The notes beneath the pieces were generated by a model that ran no database searches, was not told the DNA's origin, and saw only the letters and a list, made by a program, of their open reading frames with translations. Shown piece after piece: positions 1 to 12,993 of a stretch of 64,000 nucleotides of DNA. This stretch comes from Marsupella aquatica (Eukaryota; Plantae; Marchantiophyta). Position numbers and translations under genes: made by a program. Each line of letters starts with the position of its first letter. Positions within the stretch are counted from its first letter, which is position 1. The stretch lies in assembly GCA_973895155.1 (NCBI GenBank), contig OZ316895.1:6158687-6222686 (forward strand), written 5' to 3'.

Positions 1-144
1 CTAATGCCCTTACGTAATTTCGTTTCTTTCTGTAAATTGTCTCTTAACGTCACACCCGAACTCCATGATCTATACGTACAAAAACGGTGTCGGTCGAAAT
101 CTACGTTTCGATATCGTCAGACCAGTAGTAGTCACATGTACGAG

Positions 145-310
145 AGCGTTGGAGCGTACAGGCCGCAAATTATGTGCCAGTCAACTGCGGCGGTTTTCTC
201 AAATCAAAAAATATATGTCGGGTGGTATCCCAAAACACATATACTTTTCGGTTTGAGCAAACTGCCGCCGGTGACTGGCAGAAAGTTTGCGGCCTGTACG
301 CTCCAACGCT
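145..310. repeat. Inverted repeat / fold-back (74-bp stem, 18-nt loop) derived from GDSL exon 5; candidate hairpin RNA or proto-miRNA
   Basis: 145-218 pairs with 237-310 without indels: 64 Watson-Crick pairs, 3 G:U and 7 mismatches. The outer 25 bp (agcgttggagcgtacaggccgcaaa / tttgcggcctgtacgctccaacgct) are perfect. The right arm matches 30307-30374 (gene A exon 5) at roughly 84%. Confidence 0.9.
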
Positions 311-519
311 GAAAACACAAACCATTCTGATTTTGATCTTGTCTGCGATTGAATATCGATTCCTATATAGTTTCTCGATCGATCTGGTTCTGATAGTCCA
401 TTTGCAATTTTAAGGTTCGTCAACTTTGGAACAGTAGTAATGTTCAGTACTCAGGAGAAAATGACGTTTGACGGTTTGGCAGACGGTCAGCGAAGAGCGA
501 GTGGTCTGGTGTACAAGAT

Positions 520-1435
520 CTGTTTAAGCAAACTTTTCAGATCTCTGATCCATGCTATTTGTCGGGTCTCATGCAGGTGATATCTTCCAGGTCCCCTTTC
601 TTCCTGCCTACCTTGATCCACAAACAAACGGCTCTTCATGGAGTGAACTACGGTTCAGGAGCGGCTGGCATTCTCGATGACACCGGAAATAATTTTGTAA
701 GCTCGTCGCGAAACTGCCTCGATCTCGCATGCAGTCCATCTCGGTTATGAATCGAGGATTTCCCTGCGCACTGCTGTCTTTAGTTTTAGAGCTATCTTTC
801 GAACAACATACCCACGCGCGCCATCAACAACAAACGGTTATTTGCCCCGGCCCTCGAGGTCTGGCCGCGTTTTCAGCAGAAAAGGTTGGTTCACTGATTG
901 ACTTTTGTCCGGCCTGTAGATCAAGACCGCGCCTATGGATAAGCAAATCGCTTACTTCATGCACACTTTAGACGATATCAATCACCAATTGGGAGAAAAC
1001 GAACTTAGGACGCGTGCTTGTCAGTAATCACTACTTTTCGGTAAGATATGCAACAACGACTTCATTAACAGGTACTTCATCTCAACAACAAATACCAGCA
1101 GGTTTTACACTCGTGCGGATTTTACTTCGATTCTCCTTGACAGATTCAATGCGCAGTTGTCGGTAAGCTCGTCAATAAATTTTTCAACCAGGTTCTAAGT
1201 CCTCAGGAATATCAATCGTAGGGGTAATTGATCGATTATGATTGTTGATGTACCTACGGTTAAAGGTTCGAGAACCTTAAGGCAAATACGCTTTTTAAAG
1301 TATTCCGAGCGCTCCCCGATCGAGATGCCCTTTCGTTTGAAATTGGGTTAGAGATCATAGATTCATTTACATCAGACGATTTCTTCACAGTTTGTTTTCA
1401 GGTAGAGTGCTCTTCTCTAGCTAGCAGGCAGAACA
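520..1435 (+). pseudogene. GDSL lipase pseudogene fragment, paralog of gene B: end of intron 1, exon 2 (577-696), intron 2, exon 3 (920-1162), part of intron 3
   Basis: Colinear with 34472-35365, including introns. Retains the GVNYGSGAAGILDDTG block II motif. Exon 2 is 120 nt versus 128 nt in B (frameshift). Exons 1, 4 and 5 are absent. Confidence 0.9.
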
Positions 1436-1654
1436 TACCCTTCTTACCCATTTTTCCATTGATTATGAATTACTCTGGTTTTGCTTTTGAGATATGCATT
1501 GAAATAGTGCATTTTAGGAAACATGAAGAACCAAAACCACGATCTGCATACTTTGGGTGGGTATTTGAACGATCCTTGGTTGGTCACTCTACTCATCCTT
1601 CCTAGAAAGCGTTTTTGATGTACTCAGCTACTGTAGCCAAATTGAGAAACTCCT

Positions 1655-1950
1655 CCCGCAGCATCCTTCATTCACCACCGTAAACCCTGCAACCATATTG
1701 ATTCGAAGAAGATATGGAAGATATGGATGTAGTTAGAATATTGCACAATCTGGATTCAGTTCTTAATGCTTCACATCTCTGAGCTTCATTCCTCGGTCAA
1801 CATGGGAACTCTAACTTCTAACACTTTGTTTATAGAAATAGCCCATGAAACTCACTGGGAAGCTAAACATCTAAACAGAGTCGCCATGCTAAAACTCTCA
1901 TCCAAGCTAACTAGATCCAAAGTGTGCCAGCTGCGTAAGAAATCCAGGGC
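1655..1950 (-). pseudogene. Fragment of a gene A paralog: start of exon 5 plus intron 4
   Basis: ccgcagcatccttcattcaccaccgtaaaccctgcaaccatattgatt... aligns with ~30379-30675. Confidence 0.85.
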
Positions 1951-2109
1951 CGAGTTATATGGCCGGGTCATATGGCCGGGTTTAATTCTATCGATCGATC
2001 TCTATTAAAACCGACTTACACGTAACGAACTGGCAGTGCATTCAGTTTAGCACTTATACTAAGAAGCAGCCTCAAACACAGATATGTGACAATCAGAGAG
2101 TAGCTCAAG

Positions 2110-2310
2110 ATCATAGCCCTAGTATTCGCCTTGTAGTTCTCCAGCTAATTTTTTTCCGGGGATGACCCACTGATATCCCTGGAAAATAATCAGCAGGGGA
2201 ACTATCAGGGGGAATACTAGCAGCTTTAGGATGACGGCTATCATCTTGAGGTACTGTCGATTGCACTTCCCCGTTGTCAGCACCGCCAACACCATGAACC
2301 AAACAGACAC
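2110..2310 (-). pseudogene. Fragment of a gene A paralog exon 1 (signal peptide and start of the S/P-rich insert), frameshifted
   Basis: SVWFMVLAVLTTGKC and QDDSRHPKAASIPPDSSPADYFP lie in different frames. They match SVWFIVLVVLTTGKC..QDDSPTAASLP at 32520-32620. Confidence 0.85.
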
Positions 2311-3479
2311 GCCAAACTGTGGAAAGCCATTGATGGTAGTGAGTTTCTCTCAGCGCCAACAGTACTGTTTCTAAATTCTTAGGTGTAGGTTTCTAAAACT
2401 TTGGAATCCTTCTCTCGATGGCTAATGGCCTTTTCTGATCTCCTTCTGTCTTTTGGGCGGTTGTTTGGGCCAAACCGTTTTGGGTTGGACCTGATGGAAA
2501 AAGAAGGGAGCCAGAGATCGAGCATTGTATTACTTGTCAACTGTATTGAGAATATGCAGTATGCCGTCACCATTGATGTCCTCCTGCACCAGGCTTTGTT
2601 GCCCTTGTGCATGTGAAGACATTTGAAATTGTCAAACCAGCTTACGTCTACAGTAGTGTCTAAATTATTTGGATGTAATTTTATTTCTTTCTCTAGTTGC
2701 CAGAGTGTATTTTTAGGTTCGTCAGACTAGCTGATTTTTTTTGTCTTGGCTGGATGCACTTATTTTTCGCCTTTGGAATTGCCATCTTTGAGAAGAATGC
2801 AGGATATCAAGCTTTGGTCCAGTATCCAGGGAAGTACTCAATCAAGAACTCAATCTACACTGAATGTAGACATTCAATTCTTATATTCTTCTGACTTACT
2901 TGATTAGTTCTGCTGTTTTGTGCAAGATGAGTAAGTTATAGAAGCCGCCCCAGTTTCTCTAGCTCTGCCGTCCTCGTCGTTCAAGTATTAATTAGCATGC
3001 ATACTTCGGAAAGGCTCTAGTAAGTTTTTTCAAAGTTTCAGCTAATTAGCTATTATTGTAGAGAATTTAGGAAGACTACAATTAACTCATTGTACAAATC
3101 ACGGCTGGTTATATACTCACGGTTTTATCGGATGTGTATGGATGATTTAATACAGTTGTACTCTCAATTAAAGTGATTCAATTCATATGCCCCTACACTT
3201 AACAGCTTCAGCTTCTACTCGTTGTCGTCATGAGCAGATTGGTATTGGACGGGCTGGGCTGTTTGACCAAACCCATTGTATTTGCAATCTAATGTCTCAT
3301 TGCAAACGGTAGAAGGAGTCGATTCCCATCCAATGTCTACGTTGACTTCCCGTCTGGCCTTGTCTGTTAGCCAGAGGTCAGTTGGAGGTAAAAGTTTGGA
3401 AATAATTTTTGTTTCCTACAACCTGCAACTGCTGACATATAACTAAGTATAGTTCTTGGGCCAAGGGAAATCGACCAGA

Positions 3480-4175
3480 GGATAATTGCACATCAGACAT
3501 AATCTTGGATTGGCCTAACAATTTTGTATGGGCGCTCCTCATACTTCATAGCATTTTGCACTGCTTCAAGGGTAGACATAGCTAAGTTATGCAGGAAAGA
3601 GATTAAAATTAGAAATAGGTAACACTACCCGCACTAAAATTCATCATCCGGCGCATCATGTTTGCCATCTTTAGGCCTCCACCATTGGAACTTAAGAGCA
3701 TATGTCATGTACTAGGAATTCAATCATATATTCAAAGATGTTTGGCGCCAAACCAGCTCAATTGAACAAAAGCATGCATGATTGTATGTTTGGTATACAT
3801 GGTGGAGAACGTTTTTACATGCAGCTCACACAGTGTAGAAGCAATTGTTGCTCCCTGGCCTTAGGAAGATAATGGTATGTGCCAAAACTAACCCAAATGA
3901 ACAAATCTATGTCTGATTGGATGGTCTATAATATGAAAAAATGTATCCATTTGGACAAGCAATTGGACACCCAACAGTGGAAGAAGATCTTGGGTCCTAC
4001 CAAAAACTTCTTATGAACATTCTAAGTACTGCAAAAGGGGTATCCTTACAAGAACTTCTAACATAAACTCCTTAGAGGGGAGGCCAGTAGGTTAGTTGGG
4101 AGAGGATTGAAAAACAAATTGGTGCATTGGGAGAGACAATCGCTCCAGTAAATACTTGGGGGTTTAACTTAGTGT
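3480..4175 (+). mobile_element. Heavily decayed non-LTR (LINE/L1-like) ORF2 relic
   Basis: Near 4115-4170 it reads KLVHWERQSLQ*ILGGL, resembling the L1 'LVxWxxIxxPKxxGGLG' motif. Many stops; boundaries approximate. Confidence 0.35.
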
Positions 4176-7100
4176 ATATTTTGGGGTACCATGTGCGATC
4201 CTAGCCTAAATAAAAATATTTATTTTATAAAAAAAAACTTCCTAGAATATTTTCCATTTGTGTTCTTTAAAGCCGATCAGTCAATCAAACATGCTCTATG
4301 TGTTCTTCCACAAAACTTTGGAAGTCTCCCACCACACCCATTCAAATGGGCCTATAATTTGTTGCACGTGATGTGTCACTTCCACGGAAGTGACACACTC
4401 AAGCATTTTCAATATTAATGATCTATTTAATTTTATAAAAAGTATATATTAAAGAATATTCCTGAGGAAAACTTGAGGTCATCCTGAGGAAAACCAGCAA
4501 CAGTCTCAAAGCCATGCTTGCCATTAGTCGCTCGGCCAACTGAAGAAAACTAAGCAAATCAAGCGGTGCACGGATGAGCTGGACTTTATCCTGGCTCCCT
4601 AGGTGACTTTGGAGGTCCCCTGTGTTCTGAATTCCAACTAGTTTTGATAAGTATGTATTCCTTTAGCTTTGCCAGTGATTGCAGCAGCACCCTGGGCCCT
4701 TACTCCGTGTATATTAATGGAACCGGCCTGTGAACGCCCCTCCCCTCCAAACCCCTTCAGTACTATTTTTTGCCCTTTTAAAAAGCTCTTATTAGTATTA
4801 ATAAATTACTTTTGGGTCATTAAGAAAGCCCTTTAGGCTATTATAATCTTCATCAAAATGACATTAAATGTGCTCTTCAGGTGTTATAAAAAAATTATGT
4901 CAAAGAGATTCTAAGTCAAATAGATTGGAATAAACATTTCACATTATCAAAAGCAAAAACAGGAACAACATATTCTTTATGTACACACTTCCTCGCAAGA
5001 TGGTAGGAGTCAAGGCATTTAAGAGTCAAACAAACTCATACAAGTATCCAAATTTAAGTTGTAAACATCCTACGCTGTCATCTATGAAAACCGTAAGTCC
5101 ACATTGCACTTAAGTTTGTCCCATAGTTTGTTGAGCATATTCATCATCGTTTACAGGAAAGTTATCCTTTGAGTCTAAAGCATTGGAAAACTTATTACAT
5201 TTAAACCAATTCTTTGATCACTAGAAGTGATAAATATCCACCGAGGTACATAAGTGACTCTGGATTGAGACTCTCTCTCTATCACTTGTGGCATCATAGA
5301 ATCCCCGTCTGACGCAACACGCATTGAACAACGGTGTCAACTTGACCTCCTCCTTCTTTGAGGGCCCTACAAGGCCATATATACCCCCACACCGTTTGAT
5401 ATAGAGCATCAAAGAGATCAACGGCAGACCATTTTGGTCATCCATAAATGGTAAACGAGACCCCCTAAAGGCAAAATTTCCCCTATCCCCAAAAAATTCA
5501 AATGTATTTGCACACCCCAAACCAAGGATGCAATGACACGTGGATGAATGAGTTATTGACGTGTGACGGCCCTATATGCTTTACCCTTACATAAAACTAC
5601 TCGAACCCTATTTTTAGATCACCTTGGTTCATTATAACATGGAACCCAATAAAACAAAGGGTTGTTACATTATAAGCGATTATAACTATTATTCAAAAAA
5701 GGTATTTAAAAACCCCTTGAGTTGTTCGCACGGGGGGTCCCATATTAGTTAAGCTAAGGGCCCAGGGCAGCAGCATCGTGCACCATGGCAATGCCGGGGC
5801 CAGAAACATTAGCAAGGATGAGCCTAGTTCTTTGGGTAGGAAATGCCACAGACCTGGTCAACACAGTCAGTCTGTTGGCGATGACCGGGCCTTTATAGCA
5901 GACAAAATCAGAGGTATCACTGGCGATAATTTTTAATTTTTAGTTCAATACAAATAGTGAGCACTACAGGGACAATAGGGATTATGAGATGAGTAGTTCT
6001 GTGTGTACGCTCCCCCTTTGGACCACGGTGGAGTAAGGGGACCTTTGGGATTTTTGGACCTGCTGGCCCAATTGAGGGCTCCTGGTCTTAGTTGGGGGGG
6101 GGGGGTATTTTGGCCCGGGGAGTGTGGCCTTCCCCCTCCTCACATTTGTACTGAACAACATCTTTAACTTTACAAAATTTTAAATTACTAACAACATCTT
6201 TTTATTTAAACCACCACTGTTCATATAAAAGGAGAAGTGTCTAAGACTTCTCATTTTTTCACATTTCTCTCCTCTAGGGTGATTGAGACTTCGCTTCACA
6301 ATTATTTTTAGACAAAAAGTACACAAATGACCAATGGAACCTGATGGATCCAGGTTTTGTCATGGACAGTGGTGCTTTAAAGCCACATCTTTCAACTTAA
6401 CTACATACTTTTCTTATAAAATAACATCATTAATACAACATCTCTTTACTTAACTACATCTCTGGTGACATGACACATTTTTACTTAACGGCATCTTTGA
6501 CACAACAACATATGTTTACTTGAGGACATCTTAGACACCACAACATCTTTTAATTAGCATTTTTATGGAACAATATATTTTGTGCACCACACAATTATTG
6601 AGCTATTCCACTTTTTAAATACAACTATACATACACTTGGAAAAAGGCATGCACTACGATAAAAAGCTAATGTCCATAGGTAGCTAAAGTCTCTCTCTAA
6701 GTGTACAATCCCTAAGTGCAAAACCTGGATAATTGCAAGGTGTCCAGTTCTTTGATGTATGTCTTTCCCACAAGCGTTGTAAGTTTGCACATATTTTTTA
6801 AATGAAAAAGGGCAAAAACACTTTTGCTAAATGAGAACTTTGTAAGTGCAACCCTTGGATAATTATAGATGGACACGTATAAGCAAGTGCATAATTCCAT
6901 CAAATTACACTTACTAATAAGTGCATTGCAGTTTTTTGTAAATTAAAAATTACACTTATGGGGTACAAGATTAGGTCAATTCCCTTGAGAGCCTTGTCCC
7001 CTCCTGGTCATTTCTCAAGTTCCTTGGGTTCCCCTGTGTCTCTTGCGGTTTTTCTCCAGATCAACTGGGTGGGAAGGGCGTACCCTTTTCCGCAAGGACT

Positions 7101-7904
7101 CCTCAGCACTTTTGGTACCAAGAGATATGTGTGATCTACTCCAAATAATGGCAATAACACCAGAGTAGTCAGGGCCAGGCCCACACTCCACAAATCTCTC
7201 CTCCAAGTGATAATATTCTCTACTTGCTTCTATCAACTCTTGGTTATGATCTCTCTTCTATTACACTATTATGAACACACTCACATCCCCATCTGTGCAT
7301 CTATATAGTATCAATGGATCCGACGACGCAATAATTGTAGTGTACCCTTCTTCCCCAAACTTTTGTGTAAAGACCTGCCTAATATCTACCTTCCTCTTTA
7401 CTATCAACTTAATGCTCATCGTAGAACGCAAATTCAGAATCTGCGGACTCTCATTCAAATCAATATTGACATTCATACTTCTTATTATGCTTACTAACTA
7501 AGAGAGGTTCAGCAACAGAGCCGTCCCTACTTGATCACAGGTTCGTGGACATTATATCTATGGTATTGGCGGCATAGCCGACCTTTCCAGATTCAAAGCT
7601 CCATCTTCAAGGTACTCGAGTGGTGGCAGTGCCTTCCATGACCAAGAATCAAGAAACTTAGAACCCTTCCACCATAGAAACCAACGGCATAGCCATTTCG
7701 TTAGTCTTAGAACCAATGTTCAAGCATTCCTCCAATACAAATGCACAAAATATGCGCTCTATGCACTCTCTATTCTCACACTCATACACTTGAAATGCTG
7801 GAAAATAGACTCTCCCGGGAGGGCGAGCCTCCCTCTAATTTATAGTTGGAGCCATGCCACGCTGTCTCTTTACAAGAGTATCCTAGAAGATACTATAATT
7901 AACT

Positions 7905-8075
7905 AGAACTTACTAGAATTTACTTTTTACCACGGTAAATTCTAGAACTCACTTTTTACCATGGTAAATTCTAGAAGTTACCGAAATTTACCTTTTTACT
8001 ATGATAAATTCTAGAAGTTACTATTTACTACGGTAGATCTTAAAAATTACCAAGATTTATAATTTTACTTAGTAA
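7905..8075. repeat. Degenerate ~30-35-bp tandem repeat (ttttaccayggtaaattctagaa)
   Basis: Four to five copies visible, e.g. near 7925, 7953, 7994 and 8024. Confidence 0.75.
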
Positions 8076-8560
8076 AACCTAAAATCCCTTTTTTATCACA
8101 AAAACCTCTACTTTTATATTTTCACACAAAATCAAGTTATTCTCCATATAATATAATTCTCTTACGACAACGAGATCCAATGAAATAAATCCCCTCTTCT
8201 TTGAAAAACAGGAGAGAATGTTTAGGGACAATGAAAGTAATTAATAGGTTCAAAAAACAATTTCATAGGGATTAATGGGGAGTAATAAAAGTTATTATTT
8301 TAAGATTTTGGCTTAAAAAAATTATAAACATGTGGCACATCTTATGTTTTGGAAGCCGAGATCGCTTTTATGGAAGAAGTAAATGAAGGAGTATTAGAGA
8401 CGGAATTTTAATCCAAAACAAAGGGTATAAAAGAGTCATATCAATTTTTTTAAAACAACAGAGAATGATGTATAAATATTTTACTTTCCAAAAAAAAATG
8501 CACAAACCCGTGTATGTGGGTCTAGTTGGGATGTGTTCGTAACATTGAGCTTTAATTTCC

Positions 8561-8673
8561 AACCATTTTTCTATCAATTGGACTCTACGAAAAGGCAAAA
8601 TTTGTTTGTTGCCAAACAACCATTTTCCTATCAATTGGACTCTACCGAAAGGCAAAATTTGTTTGGTGCCAAA
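8561..8673. repeat. 57-bp tandem duplication
   Basis: aaccatttt..ctatcaattggactctac..aaaggcaaaatttgtttg..gccaaa at 8561 and 8618. Confidence 0.85.
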
Positions 8674-9099
8674 AAATTAGGAAATTTGTTCCATTTTTAT
8701 TAATAGAAATGAAATTAAAATTGGGCAAAGTTGTTTTAAATTTTGAGGTCAGCTTGGATCTGTTAGGGTACTAAGATTTTAACAAAGTATGTCAGCATTG
8801 ATTGTAAATTTAAAAAGCACAAACCTCGGCACAAACATGATCTCAATGATAAAGTTGGCTTAGTCATCTTTGGTGCACAAGCAAGTTTTGCTTGATTGGT
8901 GGGGAATCACACTCCTACAATCCGCTTAGAGTTCTCACATGAAAGTTCAGAAGAGTTGCACACAAGGAAGTTCAAAAAGGTTGTTACTTCAAGCCAGCTA
9001 ACATATATTAATTGTAATTTTTTCATACACACATGCCTCAAGAAGCCCAAGAGGAAGCTTTGTTTGTATTCACTTCAATGCTGGTATACTTTGTTAAAA

Positions 9100-9540
9100 T
9101 CTTAGTATCAATGAAGGTCAAAGTCGGGAATAAAACAATGCAAAGCTAACCATTGATTAGTTTTCCAGAGATAGTCACAAATTGGGACACAACTGCCTTC
9201 TAAGTGGAAGAAGCTTTATTTGTGTCTTTGTGGAAGAATTTGTATTTATATTTGGACTTATCCAGTCAATGCATGGATTGCACTACTACAAATACTCTGA
9301 ATAAGTCTAACTTGATTTGAAGGTTCTTGTATGCTCTTGTTGCGTACTACAGCCTTAGGTCAAATACAAGCTTGAGGGACACCAAAAGGAATGATAGAAT
9401 TGGATACTTTGTCGATCACTATTTTGTGTTAAATAATGACATTCCAACCCATTTTCCACCGTTGATTAAGCAAAGGAACCTGGCTAGTTTGGAATCATCC
9501 AATGGTGAACATCTTGTGAGTTTCTTATAATGGGATGTTT
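9100..9540 (+). mobile_element. Decayed LTR-retrotransposon integrase relic
   Basis: Fragments FPEIVTNWDT (compare PxxIVSDRD) and GEHL..EF-YN-like sequence, spread across frames with stops. Confidence 0.35.
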
Positions 9541-10054
9541 GTCACCATCCTCAAGTTAGCCGATACGCTCTCCCTCCCTTGAACAGCGAGCGGGAGTGGG
9601 CCAGCCAACCAGGACTCAAATCAGGAGGGGTGGAGTGGGGCAAAGTAAGAGACCCAATCCACTGTCAAGGGTTGGAAAGGGTGTTGCACTTACAGTAGAG
9701 GACATGGACGACAATCCAATGGAAAAACCAGGTTAGATGTTCAAGACATTCAAAATATTTCAAGCTAACTATAGCTAGTTTCCTTAATCAACAATGGAAG
9801 AAGATGACAAGAAAACTGGCAAAGTATATATTTAGATTATGCAATTTTCAATAGTTCAAGTTGAGATGAAATTCTCAAATCAATAATAGTAGTTTTTCTT
9901 TTTTTGTTTCCCTTTTTTTCTCTCACTCAACTTGGAATTTTTGAGCTTGCCATCAAGTTCAACACTATTTTTCTTCATTCCCCATTTTTATTAAGAAATG
10001 GGAACAATTAAGTGTTGCAAGGACTTGGGGGGAAATCTTAGTTGAGTTTTTTTT

Positions 10055-10265
10055 TTTACAATGTTATATAATCCCTATAAGTAACCAGCAAGGGCTCTAC
10101 AAAAATATTTGAAGTTTGGGTGATTGGATATTATGCAAAACTAGCTCAATACCAATCAACCAAAACTTCCCAAATATTGTCAAATAATGTCCAATCATCC
10201 AAAACTTCAAATATTTGTATAGAGCCCTTTAATGGTTGATTATAGGGATTATATAACATTGTAAA
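10055..10265. mobile_element. Palindromic MITE-like fold-back element (~210 bp)
   Basis: tttacaatgttatataatccctataa pairs perfectly with ttatagggattatataacattgtaaa. Pairing continues inward (agggctcta..aaatatttgaagttt / aaacttcaaatattt..tagagccct). Confidence 0.8.
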
Positions 10266-12993
10266 TGGGTGATTGATATTGAGGTAGTTGTGCATAATAT
10301 CCAATCATCGTGTAGTGGGAGGAGTGTCTCGGTGGATCTGATGGCACCAAAAAAGTTTATGTTTTGATGAAGTGCTACGATTTACCCACACTCCTTCCTC
10401 ATTTTATAAAGGACAAAAGTTAAAGAAAAAAGGGGGATTTAGGGGGGGGGGAACTTGTACTGTAGTGTTTGATGATGATGATTTGGTGGAGAATAGATGT
10501 GGAGGCGTGGAATGGGGGGAAAGTTAATTGCACTCATTCACTTTGGCATGGTATGGTTAAGCAAAATGGGAGACATGCATCTATTTTGGCATGACATGAA
10601 TGCATGGACATTATCTAATTACATTAGTTCCCATTTTTGTCCCACATGTGTTCCCACATGCAAAGTATCTAGATGCTCCAATCATAAACATCCAATGGCT
10701 GAGAATTGAAGTGATACTTTTGTCCCACCTAACTCTTCACACAAGTACTCACACATGATAAGAATCTAGATGGTCCAATTACATAGATCCAATAATTAAG
10801 AATTTATGAGATGACATGGATTTTTCCCTGAATTTTCAAAATTACAAGAGTCTCTAACTAGACCCGTAAATAATACTTATGCAAAAAATCCTCAAATAAA
10901 AAGTAACCACAAAATCATGAATAAAGTTTTTTCGACTTGTGCGCCAAAGAACAAATTGCACCGCCACCAAAAAAATGATTGGACACCAAACCAAAAAAAT
11001 GCCCCATCAAGGAAACTGCACCCATGTGAACCTATAAATTTTGGGATGAGATTTTCACACAATGTACTTTATTTTTACATGCAAAAAAAAAACACCCTAG
11101 CATTTAGGGACCAATGGGGAGATAGCCAATTATTACATTTAATTATGGTTATATGTACATGGATTTCACTAGACATTGTATTGTATAGTATACATGTAGC
11201 TCTTTGGTATGGAATCAATCATGCATTATTTCTACAACAGGTTGTGGTTACTTGGGTGGTTACCTAGTTTAGGAAGGCAGATAAGCCAAGTAGCCTGACC
11301 ATTCATTTGTGTTCGGTTTATTGGCATGGATAATGTATATTGCCAAAGAATAAATAAGTGAGGTTACAATTATTGCTTGGTGAGAACAAGCAATTATTGT
11401 ATCAAAAATGTATCAATTAAATTAAAAACCCTTTGTATATTTTTTAGTAACTTAGTAAGTACCTTGCTGATTCATATTTTTGTGAAAATTAGATATTTAA
11501 ATATCTTTAGTACAGTCAAGTTTTGGTTGTAATTAGTAGCCCAATGATATTAAAACGATTAACCTTCTCTTGTTTGCATCTCTTTCTAAACATCCAACCA
11601 ATGATTCCCCAGGGTAGAGTCCAAACCATCTTCTACTCCTACTAATGTTCATAGAAGAGGATGATTTATATGAATGAAGGTGATATTGGATTTCCTTCAT
11701 CTACACTTAGTATTGAGAAATTCCTCAGTCCGACTATGGTACCACTTAGAGTGGATAAACTTGAAGTTGAAAGGTATGAAAGACTGAATTTGCAGACCTG
11801 GGGTGATGATCAAACCTGCTCTACAATTAACCATTGCAATAAGAAAAGGAAAATGAGAAGATTCCACTCATATATCCTTGGAGTTCTTAGCTAGTGGGAT
11901 CCAGAATGAGATGAGTTCATCCTTGACTCATAAGAACAATCAAGAAATTATGGTGAAGGTAGCTTTTGATGATTCAGCATGTTATAGATAAATTAACCAT
12001 AATTTGTTACATTGTGCACTTGGGGGCATTATTTCCCGCCTTGGAGAATCTCAGAGCCATTTCTGCAACTATGATAGCTCTTGGGCCATAACAACACCAC
12101 TACCCTCTAGCCCTAATACTTTCATTGACACAAAAATCCACAGAGGGTCCTTTGCTATTGATGATGAATTTTTATTTGTTGAACCTATGATGGAAGAAAA
12201 TGACAAAGTTCATAGGCAATCAAGGCCTAATTAACTTGAGTATGAGGTATTGAGATTTCATTTTGAGACATGTGATTATGTAGCAAATATCAAACTTAGA
12301 GGGAGGACGACCTACTCAGGTTCAAATTTATTTAGCTCAGTTATATTGGCATGACGGTTGTTTGTTATCATCCAAAGCTGAGGAGAGAGCACTCCTCATA
12401 GCTAAATGTTTGAACCAAAGGTTACTAATGAGACTCACTACAAAGTTGCTTGCTTCTACTAACAATTTTACTTCATTGTTAAACCTATGAAGATACCTGA
12501 GATATTAAAACATGAAGAACCAACTAGGAAACCAGATAGAGATGATGCAAGAGAGCCAAAGAGCTCATATTAAGTGCCCTATCTTTGAGGTACCATCCCC
12601 ACAATACAATCAATTTTTACAGTATCAACCACTTTGATTCTTGACTACATGATGATTCTAAAGAACCCAAATGAAGGCTAATTTACCAATGCCTCCATCT
12701 CATACATCTCTTGTACATACATAATTTGAATTCACTAGATGCTGCCATTTCTGAGGGAGATATTATTCTAGTCAAGGATCATGTTGATGTCTCCACTGAG
12801 ATTGACAAGGATATTTTAGCTCAGTTCAACTCACCAAATGTGCATGTTGATTGATGTGACACGGGTAACGTGTCACTTGACCAAACCCAGGTCGTAGATT
12901 AGGACTTATACGGTCATTAGGACCGTAGCCATAGCGTAGAATAGCACGTATAGCCGTCAGTTGCCATTATGATTAGATTAGGAGTAGGTTAAG

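Noticed and set aside
4-423. Short ORFs at the window start as real genes
   Set aside because: By-products of the GDSL exon-5 inverted repeat and rearranged non-coding flanks.
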